Positions 8,006-17,915 of a stretch of DNA of 55,132 nucleotides are shown here, piece by piece; within the stretch, counting starts at the first letter, position 1; each line of letters opens with the position of its first letter. Position numbers and translations under genes: made by a program. A model generated the notes under the pieces. It saw only the letters and a list, made by a program, of their open reading frames with translations. It did no database searches and was not told the origin of the DNA. The stretch lies in the NCBI GenBank assembly GCA_045580815.1, contig JAZNOL010000115.1, forward strand, positions 1 to 55,132, read 5' to 3'. The DNA comes from Clostridia bacterium (GTDB lineage: Bacteria; Bacillota; Clostridia; RUG12999).

Positions 8006-10015
8006 ATGAAAAAATTTACAAGCTTATTAGTTTTGGTGTGCATGCTCGTTATGTGCTTTGCGGTAACAAATGTTTCTGCTGCAACAGACGACAATCTCCA
8101 GTATTTACTTGTTGATGCTCTCAGCTGGAGTGATGCAGCTGAAGGCGCAACAGAACAGTTTAACACAGCAGTACTCAAAAACTGTGCACCGAGTGCAGAT
8201 TTTGATGCGTTGGCAGACACAACTCTTACAATGATTACAGCGAATTCAGATTCTGCAAAAGTTAAAGCTCTTACAAAAGATGATGTAAAAGCTGCTCTTA
8301 CAGCTTTTGGAAACGCTACAACATCATCACTTACATCTGTGGGCAAAACTGTTCAGCAGATTTATACAGAACGTGAATTTGAAAGCAAAACAGCATACAC
8401 AGGTCAGATTGGTGTAGGCGGTTACTTCGGTGACGGTCTTAAAACACTCATTCCTGATACAGGTGCTGTTACAGGCTACGAATTTGAAGATTTGAGAAAA
8501 CAGCTTAATACTGCTCTTACAGGCGAAGAAGATAACAACAACGGTCTTCGTTTTGCTCTTCTTTATCTGCGTGAACAGGTATATATCAACAAAATGATTG
8601 GTATTGCTCCTGCTGAAACACATATCTCAAGCTTCGATACATACACAAATACTTTCGATTTCTATATCAGCAGCAAAGTTACAAGCACTGCAGCAAAAGA
8701 TCAGATTATCGGAACAACAAGCGACCTTATCACAATGCTTCCTGCTCTTAAAGCAGAGGTTGATGCAAAATCAGGTGCAAATCTTACAGAAAAATTCATG
8801 GTTTATATAGAAGAACTTCTTAATGCAGGCGATGCTGCACAGAAAGCAAGCTTCTATGATTTCCTTGATGATAACTACCGTACAGATGAAGGTATTATTA
8901 TAATCTCAACATCTTCAAAACCGTCTTCAGGCGGTGGCGGCGGTGGCGGTGTGACAACATATGTTGTTACATATGCTAACACAGTAGGTGGTTCACTTGA
9001 CGGTGAAACAACAGAAAAAGTAAGATATGGTGCTAAACCGGCAAAAGTTCCTACACCTGTTCCGGCAGAAGGTTATGTATTCAAAGGCTGGAGCGAGGAT
9101 GGTGGCGAAACATATGTTGATCCCACAACAGTTGTAATCAAAAAGAAAACAACTTTCACAGCAGTATTTGCTCCCGAAGGCGAACAGCCCGGAACAGATG
9201 GCCCGTTTGATACCTCAAGCCACTATGCTTACATGAAAGGTTATCCGGACGGTTCATTCAGACCTAATGGTAACATGACACGTGCAGAGGTTGCAGTTAT
9301 GTTCTCACGTCTGCTTGCAGAAAAAATGGATATTAACGAAAATTACGAATGTAACTTTACAGATGTAGATGCTGATGACTGGTTTAAAAACCACATCGGT
9401 TACATGAGCCAGATTGGTGCAATCAAAGGTTATCCGGATGGTTCATTCAAACCTAACGGCAGCATCACACGTGCAGAATTTGCAGCAATGGCTTCACGTT
9501 TTGACAAACTCACAGCAGGTGCAGCTGCAACATTTACAGATATTGATGAAAGCCACTGGGCATATGATTACATCAGCTTTGCGGCAGACCACGGCTGGAT
9601 TGCAGGTTATGAAGATAATACTGTAAGACCTGACAACTACATCACTCGTGCAGAAGTTGTAACAGTTACAAACAGAATGCTTGGTCGCCCTGCAACAGCA
9701 GAACACACATCATACATTGCAATGCCTATCGACTTTAACGATGTTGAATCAACAGATTGGTATTACTTCGATGTTGTTGAATGTTCAAATGACCATGACG
9801 GTTTTGAAGAAACAGCAGTAGAAGAAGAAACAACTGAAGAAGCGGTTGAAGGCGAAGAAGCTGCCGAAGAAGTGGTTGAAGGCGAAGAAACTACAGAAGA
9901 AGCAACTGAAGAATCAGCAGAACCTGTAGAAGGTGAAGAAGCTACAGAAGAGACAACTGAAGTTGCCGAAGACGAAAATACTGTTGAAGAAACAGAAGAA
10001 AAACCTGCTGAATAA
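8006..10015 (+). CDS. Secreted SLH-domain cell-surface protein with InlB B-repeat-like domain and acidic tail
   Basis: Signal peptide (..TNVSA), G8 linker, PTPVPAEGYVFKGW repeat-type domain, three SLH motifs (GYPDGSFRP..TRAE, GYPDGSFKP..TRAE, GYEDNTVRP..TRAE) and an E/T-rich tail. ATG 8006 follows GAGGTG. Confidence 0.9.
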   Translation: MKKFTSLLVLVCMLVMCFAVTNVSAATDDNLQYLLVDALSWSDAAEGATEQFNTAVLKNCAPSADFDALADTTLTMITANSDSAKVKALTKDDVKAALTAFGNATTSSLTSVGKTVQQIYTEREFESKTAYTGQIGVGGYFGDGLKTLIPDTGAVTGYEFEDLRKQLNTALTGEEDNNNGLRFALLYLREQVYINKMIGIAPAETHISSFDTYTNTFDFYISSKVTSTAAKDQIIGTTSDLITMLPALKAEVDAKSGANLTEKFMVYIEELLNAGDAAQKASFYDFLDDNYRTDEGIIIISTSSKPSSGGGGGGGVTTYVVTYANTVGGSLDGETTEKVRYGAKPAKVPTPVPAEGYVFKGWSEDGGETYVDPTTVVIKKKTTFTAVFAPEGEQPGTDGPFDTSSHYAYMKGYPDGSFRPNGNMTRAEVAVMFSRLLAEKMDINENYECNFTDVDADDWFKNHIGYMSQIGAIKGYPDGSFKPNGSITRAEFAAMASRFDKLTAGAAATFTDIDESHWAYDYISFAADHGWIAGYEDNTVRPDNYITRAEVVTVTNRMLGRPATAEHTSYIAMPIDFNDVESTDWYYFDVVECSNDHDGFEETAVEEETTEEAVEGEEAAEEVVEGEETTEEATEESAEPVEGEEATEETTEVAEDENTVEETEEKPAE

Positions 10016-10085
10016 TCAGTCACTTTGGCGGAATTGATTTTCCATATGGGCTTTATTGATTAAAGCAGTAAAAACTTAAAAAAAG

Positions 10086-10111
10086 AAAAGCCCACCTCGT
10101 GTGGGCTTTTT
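10086..10111 (+). terminator. Intrinsic terminator
   Basis: AAAAGCCCAC-ctcgt-GTGGGCTTTTT. Confidence 0.85.
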
Positions 10112-10198
10112 CAATAAAATAAACTATTGTACATAAAAAACACTATTAAGAGGATAATAAAATAAAACATACATATCTACGACACAAAACAACATTAT

Positions 10199-10253
10199 TT
10201 TACATAGATTTAACATTAAGAAGATAGCAGATTTTACATTTGTATTATATAAT
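10199..10253 (+). promoter_or_regulatory. Pho box-like direct repeats and -10 element
   Basis: TTTACA (10199) and TTAACA (10210) are 11 bp apart, with a third TTTACA at 10233 and TATAAT at 10248-10253. Matches the Firmicutes PhoP TT(A/T/C)ACA repeat and precedes a phosphate transporter. Confidence 0.65.
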
Positions 10254-10305
10254 AAAAACGTGTGAAGTTACATAAATACTCAATTAAAAAACGGAGGAGT
10301 TACAA

Positions 10306-12066
10306 ATGACATTTTTTGACGTGTTAAGTCTTGTTGGCGGTCTGGCACTGTTTCTTTACGGAATGGACGTAATGGGCGACGGGCTTAAAAAACTTGCCGG
10401 TGGCAGACTTGAAGTATTTCTTGGTAAAATGACCTCAAACAGAATCAAAGGTTTTTTACTTGGATTTATTGTGACTGCAATTATTCAGTCGTCGTCAGCA
10501 ACAACAGTTATGCTGGTTGGTTTTGTAAACTCGGGCATAATGACACTTGGTCAGTCTATAAGTGTAATTATGGGTGCAAACATCGGTACAACAGTTACTT
10601 CATGGTTGCTCAGCCTTACAGGTATAGGCGAAGGAGCATCAACAATACTTCAATTGTTTAAACCCAGTTCATTCACTCCGATACTTGCTGTTATTGGTGT
10701 AATAATGATAATGGCAGGCAAAACAGACAAGAAAAAAGATATAGGAACAATTTTAATAGGCTTTGCAGTATTGATGTTCGGCATGGACGCAATGAGTGCC
10801 GCAATGGACGGACTTAAAGACAGCGAATCCTTTGCTCAGATTCTTGTAATGTTCTCGAATCCGATTCTTGGTATTCTTACAGGTACACTTCTTACTGCAA
10901 TTATCCAGTCATCTTCGGCATCAGTAGGTATTTTGCAGGCAATGTCGCTGACAGGTGCAATATCATATTCCACAGCAATACCGATTATTCTCGGTCAGAA
11001 CATTGGTACAACTATAACTCCTATTTTGTCTGCAATCAGCGGAAACAGAGAAGCAAAACGTGTGGCGTTGTCTTGTCTGTATATCAAAATGATAGGCGTT
11101 GTTGTTGTTTCTGTAGTATTTTATATTTTACACGGCGTGATTAACTTTGCGTTTATGGATGCTCATGTTGACCCACTTTCAATAGCGGTTGTGCATACGC
11201 TCTTTAATATTTTTTCTACGGTTATACTGTTGCCGTGTTGCTCACTTCTTGAAAAACTTGCTGTTATTACAGTTAAAGGCAAGGGTGATAAAGAAGAGAA
11301 AAAGAGCGATTTTGATACTCTTGACGAACGTTTTTTGGCGGTTCCTTCATTTGCTGTTGAAAAATGTCGTGACCTTGTTAGCAAAATGGCAAAAGAAGCA
11401 AAAAAAGGTATGTTTGATGCGACAACCTTGCTTTCTGAATTTGACACAAATAAGGTTGAAGATATTCTTAAAGCTGAAAAAGATGTGGATAAATATGAAG
11501 ACAAAATCAGCACATATCTTGTTAAACTGGCAGAAATGCAGCTTTCAACAAAAGACAGTAACGAGGTTACAAAACTGCTTCATGTAATCGGTGACGTTGA
11601 AAGAATTTCCGACCATTCGGTAAATATTCTTGAAACGGCACAGGAAATTACAGAGAAAAATATCGAATTTTCAGAACGTGCAAAACACGACATCGGAGTT
11701 ATCACAAATGCTGTTTGTGAGGTTATTACAATTGCAACAGATGCACTTGTTCATGAAGACCTTGAACTGGCAAAACGCGTTGAACCCCTTGAACAGATTA
11801 TTGATAAGCTTAAAAGAAAAATCAAAAACAATCACATTCTCCGTCTTAAAGACGGCGATTGCACCGTTGAACTTGGCTTTATTCTTTCTGACCTGCTCAA
11901 CAACTATGAGCGTGTTGCTGACCATTGTTCCAACATTGCGGTTTGCTTGCTTGAGATGGAAAATAACTCCTTTGAAACTCATGAATACCTCAATCACGTT
12001 AAAAACGACGGTGAAAACAAATTCTTTGAGCAGTACGATATATATAAAAAGAAATACAGCTTATAA
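10306..12066 (+). CDS. Na/Pi cotransporter family protein with C-terminal PhoU domains
   Basis: Duplicated QSSSA...GANIGTT / QSSSA...GQNIGTT repeats. PhoU motifs ERISDH and ERVADH. Confidence 0.93.
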   Translation: MTFFDVLSLVGGLALFLYGMDVMGDGLKKLAGGRLEVFLGKMTSNRIKGFLLGFIVTAIIQSSSATTVMLVGFVNSGIMTLGQSISVIMGANIGTTVTSWLLSLTGIGEGASTILQLFKPSSFTPILAVIGVIMIMAGKTDKKKDIGTILIGFAVLMFGMDAMSAAMDGLKDSESFAQILVMFSNPILGILTGTLLTAIIQSSSASVGILQAMSLTGAISYSTAIPIILGQNIGTTITPILSAISGNREAKRVALSCLYIKMIGVVVVSVVFYILHGVINFAFMDAHVDPLSIAVVHTLFNIFSTVILLPCCSLLEKLAVITVKGKGDKEEKKSDFDTLDERFLAVPSFAVEKCRDLVSKMAKEAKKGMFDATTLLSEFDTNKVEDILKAEKDVDKYEDKISTYLVKLAEMQLSTKDSNEVTKLLHVIGDVERISDHSVNILETAQEITEKNIEFSERAKHDIGVITNAVCEVITIATDALVHEDLELAKRVEPLEQIIDKLKRKIKNNHILRLKDGDCTVELGFILSDLLNNYERVADHCSNIAVCLLEMENNSFETHEYLNHVKNDGENKFFEQYDIYKKKYSL

Positions 12067-12112
12067 TTGCCCTTTTGCGGCATGAGTAAGCTGCAAAAAA
12101 AGAGGCGCTAAA

Positions 12113-12937
12113 ATGAAACGTATTGTAACAGTGCAGGATATTTCCTGTTTTGGCAAATGTTCGTCAACGGTTGCGATGCCGGTGCTGTCGGCGTGCGGCA
12201 TCGAAACCGTGCTGTTGCCTACTGCAATTCTTTCCACACACACAGGTGAATTTAAAGGCTACACTTATCTGCCTTTTGAAGACGAAATGCAAAAAATAAT
12301 AAACCATTGGAAAACTCTTGATTTAGTGTTTGATGCAATTTATGTGGGATATATCGGCAGACCGGGTGAGGTTGATATAACAGAAAAGTTCATTTCTGAT
12401 TTTAGAAAAGACGACACTCTGATTTATATTGACCCGGCAATGGCAGACAACGGAAAGCTCTATTCCGGTATAGACGAAACTTATGTTGAAAAAATAAAAA
12501 ATCTTTGTCGCAGGGCGGATATAATATCACCGAATGTGACAGAAGCGGCAATTTTAGCCGGATGTGAAATACGGCAGAATTATACATATGACAATATGAA
12601 AGAAATTGCGGCAAAGCTGGGCGAAATTACATCAAAAACAGTAATTACCGGTGTGCACCATGACGACGGAATCTGCACATATACAGCCGAGGACGGTAAA
12701 ATAACAGAGAAAATAAAAAAACCGCTGAGGAATGGTATTTTTTATGGTGCCGGAGACCTTTTTTCAAGCGTGTTTGTGGCAGCTTATCTGAACGGAAAAT
12801 CGCTTGAACAGGCGGCTGAAGATGCCAGCGAGTTTGTGAGTATCTGTATAGCGGACATGATGGATGAGCACGAAAAATATTGGTACGGTGTTAATTTTGA
12901 ACGTCATTTGTGGCGACTTACAAAAGACAAAAACTAA
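12113..12937 (+). CDS. pdxK: Pyridoxal/pyridoxamine kinase
   Basis: QDISCFGKCS, PTAILSTHTG, IDPAMADNGKLY, PNVTEA, GAGDLF (PfkB-type). Confidence 0.85.
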   Translation: MKRIVTVQDISCFGKCSSTVAMPVLSACGIETVLLPTAILSTHTGEFKGYTYLPFEDEMQKIINHWKTLDLVFDAIYVGYIGRPGEVDITEKFISDFRKDDTLIYIDPAMADNGKLYSGIDETYVEKIKNLCRRADIISPNVTEAAILAGCEIRQNYTYDNMKEIAAKLGEITSKTVITGVHHDDGICTYTAEDGKITEKIKKPLRNGIFYGAGDLFSSVFVAAYLNGKSLEQAAEDASEFVSICIADMMDEHEKYWYGVNFERHLWRLTKDKN

Positions 12938-12971
12938 TTAAACGGCAGAAATACAAAAGGGAGATTAAGAG

Positions 12972-13643
12972 ATGAAAACTGTTTTCTGTATTGAAGATGA
13001 GGCGAATATACGCGAGCTTATAGAATACACCTTAAAATCGGTTGGTTTTGAAGTTTGCGGCTTTGAAAACGGTCAGTCATTTTTTGACGAGCTTTCTTTT
13101 AAAACTCCCGATATTGTGCTTATTGACCTTATGCTGCCCGATATGGACGGCATGGAGATTTTAAAAAGAATCCGTGAAACAGAAGAAACAAAAAATTTGC
13201 CGGCGATTATACTTACTGCAAAATCGGGCAGAATGGATAAAATCAAAGGTCTTGACAGCGGTGCAGACGATTATATCGTAAAGCCCTTTGATGTGCTTGA
13301 GCTTGTGTCGAGAATAAATGCGGTTTTGCGCAGAAGTGACGTTGCCGGTGGCAGTGATGTTATCAATTATAAAGAAATACATATAGACAACAAAAAACGC
13401 AGTGTAAGTGTGAGCGGTGAAAATGTCACTCTCACATATAAAGAATACAAGCTGCTTTATATGCTTCTTTCAAATGTGGGAACGGTGCTTTCCCGCGAAA
13501 AAATAACGGATTATGTATGGGATACGGATTTTGCCGGCGAATCCAGAACTCTTGATGTGCACATCCGCTCACTTCGTCAGAAGTTGGGCAGTGCCGGAGA
13601 ATATATCGAAACCGTGCGTAATGTCGGTTATAAGGTCGGATGA
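12972..13643 (+). CDS. phoP: OmpR/PhoB-family response regulator (PhoP-like)
   Basis: Receiver IED/DLMLP/LTAK/KPF and winged helix RTLDVHIRSLRQKL...TVRNVGY. Lies next to a Pi transporter with a Pho box. Confidence 0.8.
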   Translation: MKTVFCIEDEANIRELIEYTLKSVGFEVCGFENGQSFFDELSFKTPDIVLIDLMLPDMDGMEILKRIRETEETKNLPAIILTAKSGRMDKIKGLDSGADDYIVKPFDVLELVSRINAVLRRSDVAGGSDVINYKEIHIDNKKRSVSVSGENVTLTYKEYKLLYMLLSNVGTVLSREKITDYVWDTDFAGESRTLDVHIRSLRQKLGSAGEYIETVRNVGYKVG

Positions 13644-15304
13644 TTATGTATAAAAAAATATACCGCAACATGTGCTTTTTGTCGGTGCTGACACTTATTT
13701 TGTCAGCGGCTGTTTCTCTGTCGGTGTTTTATACCTCTTTTGAAAGACGTATGCAGGCAGAAACAGAATACGAAACGCACCTGATTGCGGAATTTTTGAA
13801 TATAAGCGAAGAAAATGAGATTTTTGAAAATATTAATGTGTTATCAAAAACCACGAGGCTGTTTTATATAGGAGAAAACGGAGAAATTATATATGAAACC
13901 GGAGCAAAGCTCCCGGAAAAAACTGATGAGGATATAAAAAAATATATTAAGAAAGCCATTTCGGGCGAAAACGTAAAATTCCGTAAGAACGTTTTTTCAG
14001 CGGGTACTGTTCTTTGCGGACATTTTGAAAAACTTAAAAACGGCAATTATATAGTAGCAATAGCATCCTCGTCACCGGGAAACAGTACGGTGGTAGGCGT
14101 TGTGGGGACGTTTTGCATAGTAGGATTGCTTATTTTCATTCTTTCGGTGATAATTGCCCGCAAGCTTACAGAAAATATTGTAAAACCTATAGGAAACGAA
14201 ACAGAAGAAACTGACAGTACATATAAAGAAATCCGTCCGCTGTTGCAAAGAATACGCAGGCAGGAGGAGGAAATTCTGCGTCAGGTTGAAAAGACGAAAA
14301 CGCAGAAAATAAGACTTCAGGCGATTGCCGATAATATTAATGAGGGGCTGGTTATACTTGACAGCAGTGCAAATGTTATATCCGTCAACAGTTGTGCCCT
14401 TGACATTTTTAAACCCGAAGAGGGTACAGGTATAAAATATAAACATTTTCAGTTTCTGTGCAGAAACTCAAGACTTGAAAAGGCAATTAACAAGGCCGAA
14501 AACGGTGAAAAATGCGACGTTACCATAGAAATTTCATCAAAAATTTATCAAATTTTCTGTAGTCCCGTGTTTGAAAAAGATAAGGTCAGCGGCGTTGTGC
14601 TTTTGCTGTTTGATGTCAGCGAAAGAGAAAAAAGCGAACAAATACGCCGCGAGTTTTCGGCAAATGTGTCGCATGAGCTTAAAACTCCCCTTACCACAAT
14701 TCACGGTTACGCACAGCTTATGTCCAGCGGTATTGCCCGTCCGGAGGATGTAAGCGGATTTTTAAGTAAAATTGAAAAAGAAAGTCTGCGCCTTGTGGCA
14801 CTTATTGACGATATTATAAAACTGTCAAAACTTGACGAAAATATTTCAGCGGACGAAAAAACCGTTGTTGACCTTGAGTCGGTTGTTTGCCAGACAGCGG
14901 AGATTTTAAAAGAGAAAGCTGACAAAAAAGAGGTTGACATTGTTACAAACTGTGACGAAACGAGAATTTTCGCAAATCGGTCACAAATAACAGAGCTTAT
15001 ATATAACCTTTGCGACAATGCAATAAAATACAATAAACAAGGCGGAAAAGTCTTTATGACTGTAGCTGACGGAACTTTGACGGTTGAAGATACAGGTATC
15101 GGAATTGAAGAAAAATATCTTGACAGAATTTTTGAAAGGTTTTTCCGTGCGGATATAAGCCACTCAAACAAAATCAGCGGAACAGGTCTCGGACTTTCTA
15201 TAGTCAAGCATATTGCCCAGGCAAACGGGGCAAAAATAGATGTGAAAAGTGTGCCTGATAAAGGCAGTATATTTACGGTAGAGTTTGAAAAAACAGAGGG
15301 ATGA
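13640..15304 (+). CDS. phoR: Sensor histidine kinase (PhoR-like)
   Basis: Two TM segments, PAS-like region, H-box NVSHELKTPL, NAIKY, DTGIGI, GTGLGL. Overlaps the regulator stop (ATGA). Confidence 0.8.
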   Translation: MIMYKKIYRNMCFLSVLTLILSAAVSLSVFYTSFERRMQAETEYETHLIAEFLNISEENEIFENINVLSKTTRLFYIGENGEIIYETGAKLPEKTDEDIKKYIKKAISGENVKFRKNVFSAGTVLCGHFEKLKNGNYIVAIASSSPGNSTVVGVVGTFCIVGLLIFILSVIIARKLTENIVKPIGNETEETDSTYKEIRPLLQRIRRQEEEILRQVEKTKTQKIRLQAIADNINEGLVILDSSANVISVNSCALDIFKPEEGTGIKYKHFQFLCRNSRLEKAINKAENGEKCDVTIEISSKIYQIFCSPVFEKDKVSGVVLLLFDVSEREKSEQIRREFSANVSHELKTPLTTIHGYAQLMSSGIARPEDVSGFLSKIEKESLRLVALIDDIIKLSKLDENISADEKTVVDLESVVCQTAEILKEKADKKEVDIVTNCDETRIFANRSQITELIYNLCDNAIKYNKQGGKVFMTVADGTLTVEDTGIGIEEKYLDRIFERFFRADISHSNKISGTGLGLSIVKHIAQANGAKIDVKSVPDKGSIFTVEFEKTEG

Positions 15305-15305
15305 T

Positions 15306-15965
15306 ATGGTTACATTTGAAGATATTAAAAATAACGAAGAAATAAAAACATATATAACCCGTGCGGATGAATCGCTGATAGCACTTGGATATACCGAGCA
15401 TAGCTTTGCACACGTGGGCAGAGTAGCGCAGACAGCGAAATATATTCTTGAAACCATGGGTGCAAGCGAGCATGAAACCGAGCTTGCACAGATTGCCGCA
15501 TATATGCATGATATAGGCAATCTTGTAAACCGAATTGAACATTCTCAGAGCAGTGCGGTTATGGCGTTTAGGATTCTGGATAATATGGGTATGGAAGCAA
15601 AGGATATTGCAACAATTGTTACAGCAATCGGCAATCATGACGAGGGCACGGGCGTAGCGGTGAATAATGTTGCGGCTGCACTTATTCTGGCGGATAAAAC
15701 GGACGTACGCCGAAGCAGAGTGAGAAACAGCGATTTTGCGAGCTTTGATATTCACGACAGGGTAAACTATTCAGTGCGTGAATCCAATGTTGAAATAAAC
15801 AGCAGAAAGACTAAAATAACACTTAAGCTGGAGGTTGACACGCAGTTCGGCTCGGTTATGGATTATTTTGAAATTTTTATGGGACGTATGATTATGTGCC
15901 GCAAAGCCGCAGAAAAACTGGGTCTGCAATTTAAACTGATGATAAACGGACAACCGCTTATGTAG
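15306..15965 (+). CDS. HD-domain phosphohydrolase
   Basis: TEHSFAH, HDIGN, GNHDE, ADK metal-binding pattern. Confidence 0.85.
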   Translation: MVTFEDIKNNEEIKTYITRADESLIALGYTEHSFAHVGRVAQTAKYILETMGASEHETELAQIAAYMHDIGNLVNRIEHSQSSAVMAFRILDNMGMEAKDIATIVTAIGNHDEGTGVAVNNVAAALILADKTDVRRSRVRNSDFASFDIHDRVNYSVRESNVEINSRKTKITLKLEVDTQFGSVMDYFEIFMGRMIMCRKAAEKLGLQFKLMINGQPLM

Positions 15966-15973
15966 AAATATGG

Positions 15974-16276
15974 GGCTGTAGCAAAATGCACAGACCGCAT
16001 AAAGCATAAATTATTCTGATACAAAGCAGTTCAGAAACTAAAAACTTTTAGGAAGAAACAGTAAAATATATGTAGAAATTCGCCCTTCGGCGAATTTCTT
16101 AATTTAATATGCTTTATGCTATGAACAAACTTCACCTCTCGGCGTACCTCTGTACGCCGTCGGGCATGGTCGGGCAAGGCTTTTTAAGCCTTGCCCGACT
16201 TCAGTTTGTCCATTCTGCACTATTTTTCTTTCGCCCCCAAAAAGGCTGTAGCAAAAAAATGCATTTTGCTACAGCC
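15974..16276. mobile_element. MITE-like / structured non-autonomous element (303 bp)
   Basis: Perfect 17-bp terminal inverted repeats GGCTGTAGCAAAATGCA (15974-15990, 16260-16276), several internal perfect stems, no transposase ORF and no evident target-site duplication. Confidence 0.55.
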
Positions 16277-16283
16277 TTTTTTT
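16239..16283. terminator. Bidirectional terminator between convergent HD and GH32-like genes
   Basis: AAAAAGGCTGTAGCAAAA-aaatgca-TTTTGCTACAGCCTTTTTTT. Confidence 0.75.
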
Positions 16284-16287
16284 ATAT

Positions 16288-17865
16288 TTAGATTTTAACT
16301 TCGCCGGCGGCTTTATATCCGTAGCTTTCGCCGGTTTCGTCCTTTGAAAACCAGAAAGAATACAGCTTGCCGTTTGTAAGAGTGAATTTTATTCTGAAAG
16401 GCTTGCCGCTTAATCCGGACAAGTCGAAATCACCGAAATCCAGCATTTTGCAGGTGCTGTCTGCGGTGATTTCCACGCTTTTTGCAGAAATACCGTCGTC
16501 AGTTATGATTTCTGCAAAAAGTGTACCCTCAAAATTTGCAAACATATATTTTTTATCGGAAAATTCGAGTTTTCGTGTGGTGAGAGTGCCGGAATTTGAT
16601 GTATTCATCGAAACAAACCCGTCACGCCGCAAGGTTGCTATGCCGAGAGAGCCTCCGCTGTACATTCCGTTTGACCACCACGCATTTGTTATCAGGTCTT
16701 TGTTGCCACCTACTCCGGTGTAATAAATCCAAAGCTCGTCACCGTGAATAACACATATACCGCCCACGGACTGTATGTATCCTAAATCCCATGCATTATA
16801 GTTTTTCTCAGAAAATCCCGATTTTATAATTGACTCTCTGCAAGGACGTGAAAAATGGAATCCGTCACGGCTGTACATGGGGATAAGCTCGGTTATTTTC
16901 GGCGTGCCGCAAGCCTCGCTGTATGCATTTTCGGGGCCGTAATGAACCTGGAACATTCCCAGCATAATGCTTTCGTAAGCAACTGCATCAACGTTGTAAA
17001 CCTGGGGCTTCATGCGGATGCCGGGATGGGGCTTGTCCTTGCTGTCGCCACAAAGCCAGGGCACCTGAGTTTCGGCAAAATCAGCACTTTCAAGAAAATC
17101 ACTGTTTTCGCTGTAATTTCGTGTTCTGCCAATGGTTTCCCAGTTCCAGCTGTCACGAATACTATGCACCCATTTTTTGCGGAATGGGTTGTAAAAAATT
17201 GTTGAACGGTCGCCTTTTGGTGTGGTGAAAGTCTGGTTTTCCCAATGAATTCCGTCGGCAGAGGTCATTAAAAGACCGGGAGCATCACCGCCGGGACCGC
17301 GCATAAACATTTTATATCGCTGTGACTTATCGCCGTCATCGTCAATAAATACCGTTGTTGAATCGGGACGGAAATAGTTTTTGTCGGGGGTTAAGTTTTC
17401 GGCAAGAGTATCGGTTATTTTTTTATAAACAAGAATTTTGTTTGTTCCCGGTTCAACGTCAAGGTCGGGACGGGTCCAGTTTATGCCATCGTCACTTTCG
17501 GCATATGCCATCTGGTTAAGCCAGCCTGCCTCATACCACATTTTAAACTTGTTTTCTTTTCCGTCATACCACACACCGCCGCTTTTCGGTGCGGCACAGG
17601 GGAGAATGTCATCGCCTTTTTCCCAAGGTGCTTGCGGAAAGAAAACAGGGTTACAGTCCATCTTTTTTGCACTGTGATATTCGGGAGAAAGTGTTGTTTC
17701 TTCAATTAAAAAATCGTCAACAAAAAGCTGACGCCCCAATGAAATATTTATAATCTCCGGCGGATTTTCAAGATACGGAACCGGCAGTTGATTTTCTAAA
17801 ACAGAAATATCGTATTTCGGCGGGAAATTGTCGCCTAAAACAATGTTATTATAAAGCTTTTCCAT
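16288..17865 (-). CDS. Five-bladed beta-propeller protein, GH32-like, cytoplasmic, unknown specificity
   Basis: GRQLFVDDFLI, repeated Asp-box-like YAESDDGINW / TSADGIHW / YSRDGFHF, ELWIYY, LRRDGFVSM. No signal peptide. SD AAAGGAGG. Confidence 0.65.
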   Translation of the reverse strand: MEKLYNNIVLGDNFPPKYDISVLENQLPVPYLENPPEIINISLGRQLFVDDFLIEETTLSPEYHSAKKMDCNPVFFPQAPWEKGDDILPCAAPKSGGVWYDGKENKFKMWYEAGWLNQMAYAESDDGINWTRPDLDVEPGTNKILVYKKITDTLAENLTPDKNYFRPDSTTVFIDDDGDKSQRYKMFMRGPGGDAPGLLMTSADGIHWENQTFTTPKGDRSTIFYNPFRKKWVHSIRDSWNWETIGRTRNYSENSDFLESADFAETQVPWLCGDSKDKPHPGIRMKPQVYNVDAVAYESIMLGMFQVHYGPENAYSEACGTPKITELIPMYSRDGFHFSRPCRESIIKSGFSEKNYNAWDLGYIQSVGGICVIHGDELWIYYTGVGGNKDLITNAWWSNGMYSGGSLGIATLRRDGFVSMNTSNSGTLTTRKLEFSDKKYMFANFEGTLFAEIITDDGISAKSVEITADSTCKMLDFGDFDLSGLSGKPFRIKFTLTNGKLYSFWFSKDETGESYGYKAAGEVKI

Positions 17866-17886
17866 AAAATTTCCTCCTTTTTTCGT

Positions 17887-17915
17887 ATTATATCATTGCA
17901 AAAATAAATTGTCAA
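17887..17915 (-). promoter_or_regulatory. Consensus sigma-A promoter of the GH32-like gene
   Basis: TTGACA (17910-17915) -17 bp- TATAAT (17887-17892), extended TG. The -35 overlaps the stop of the GGDEF gene. Confidence 0.8.

Noticed and set aside
15974-16283. CRISPR array or tRNA
   Set aside because: The repeats are inverted, not regularly spaced direct repeats. No cas genes and no cloverleaf or T-loop motif.
16109-16291. 60-aa ORF inside the MITE-like element
   Set aside because: No SD, runs through palindromes, no recognisable motif.
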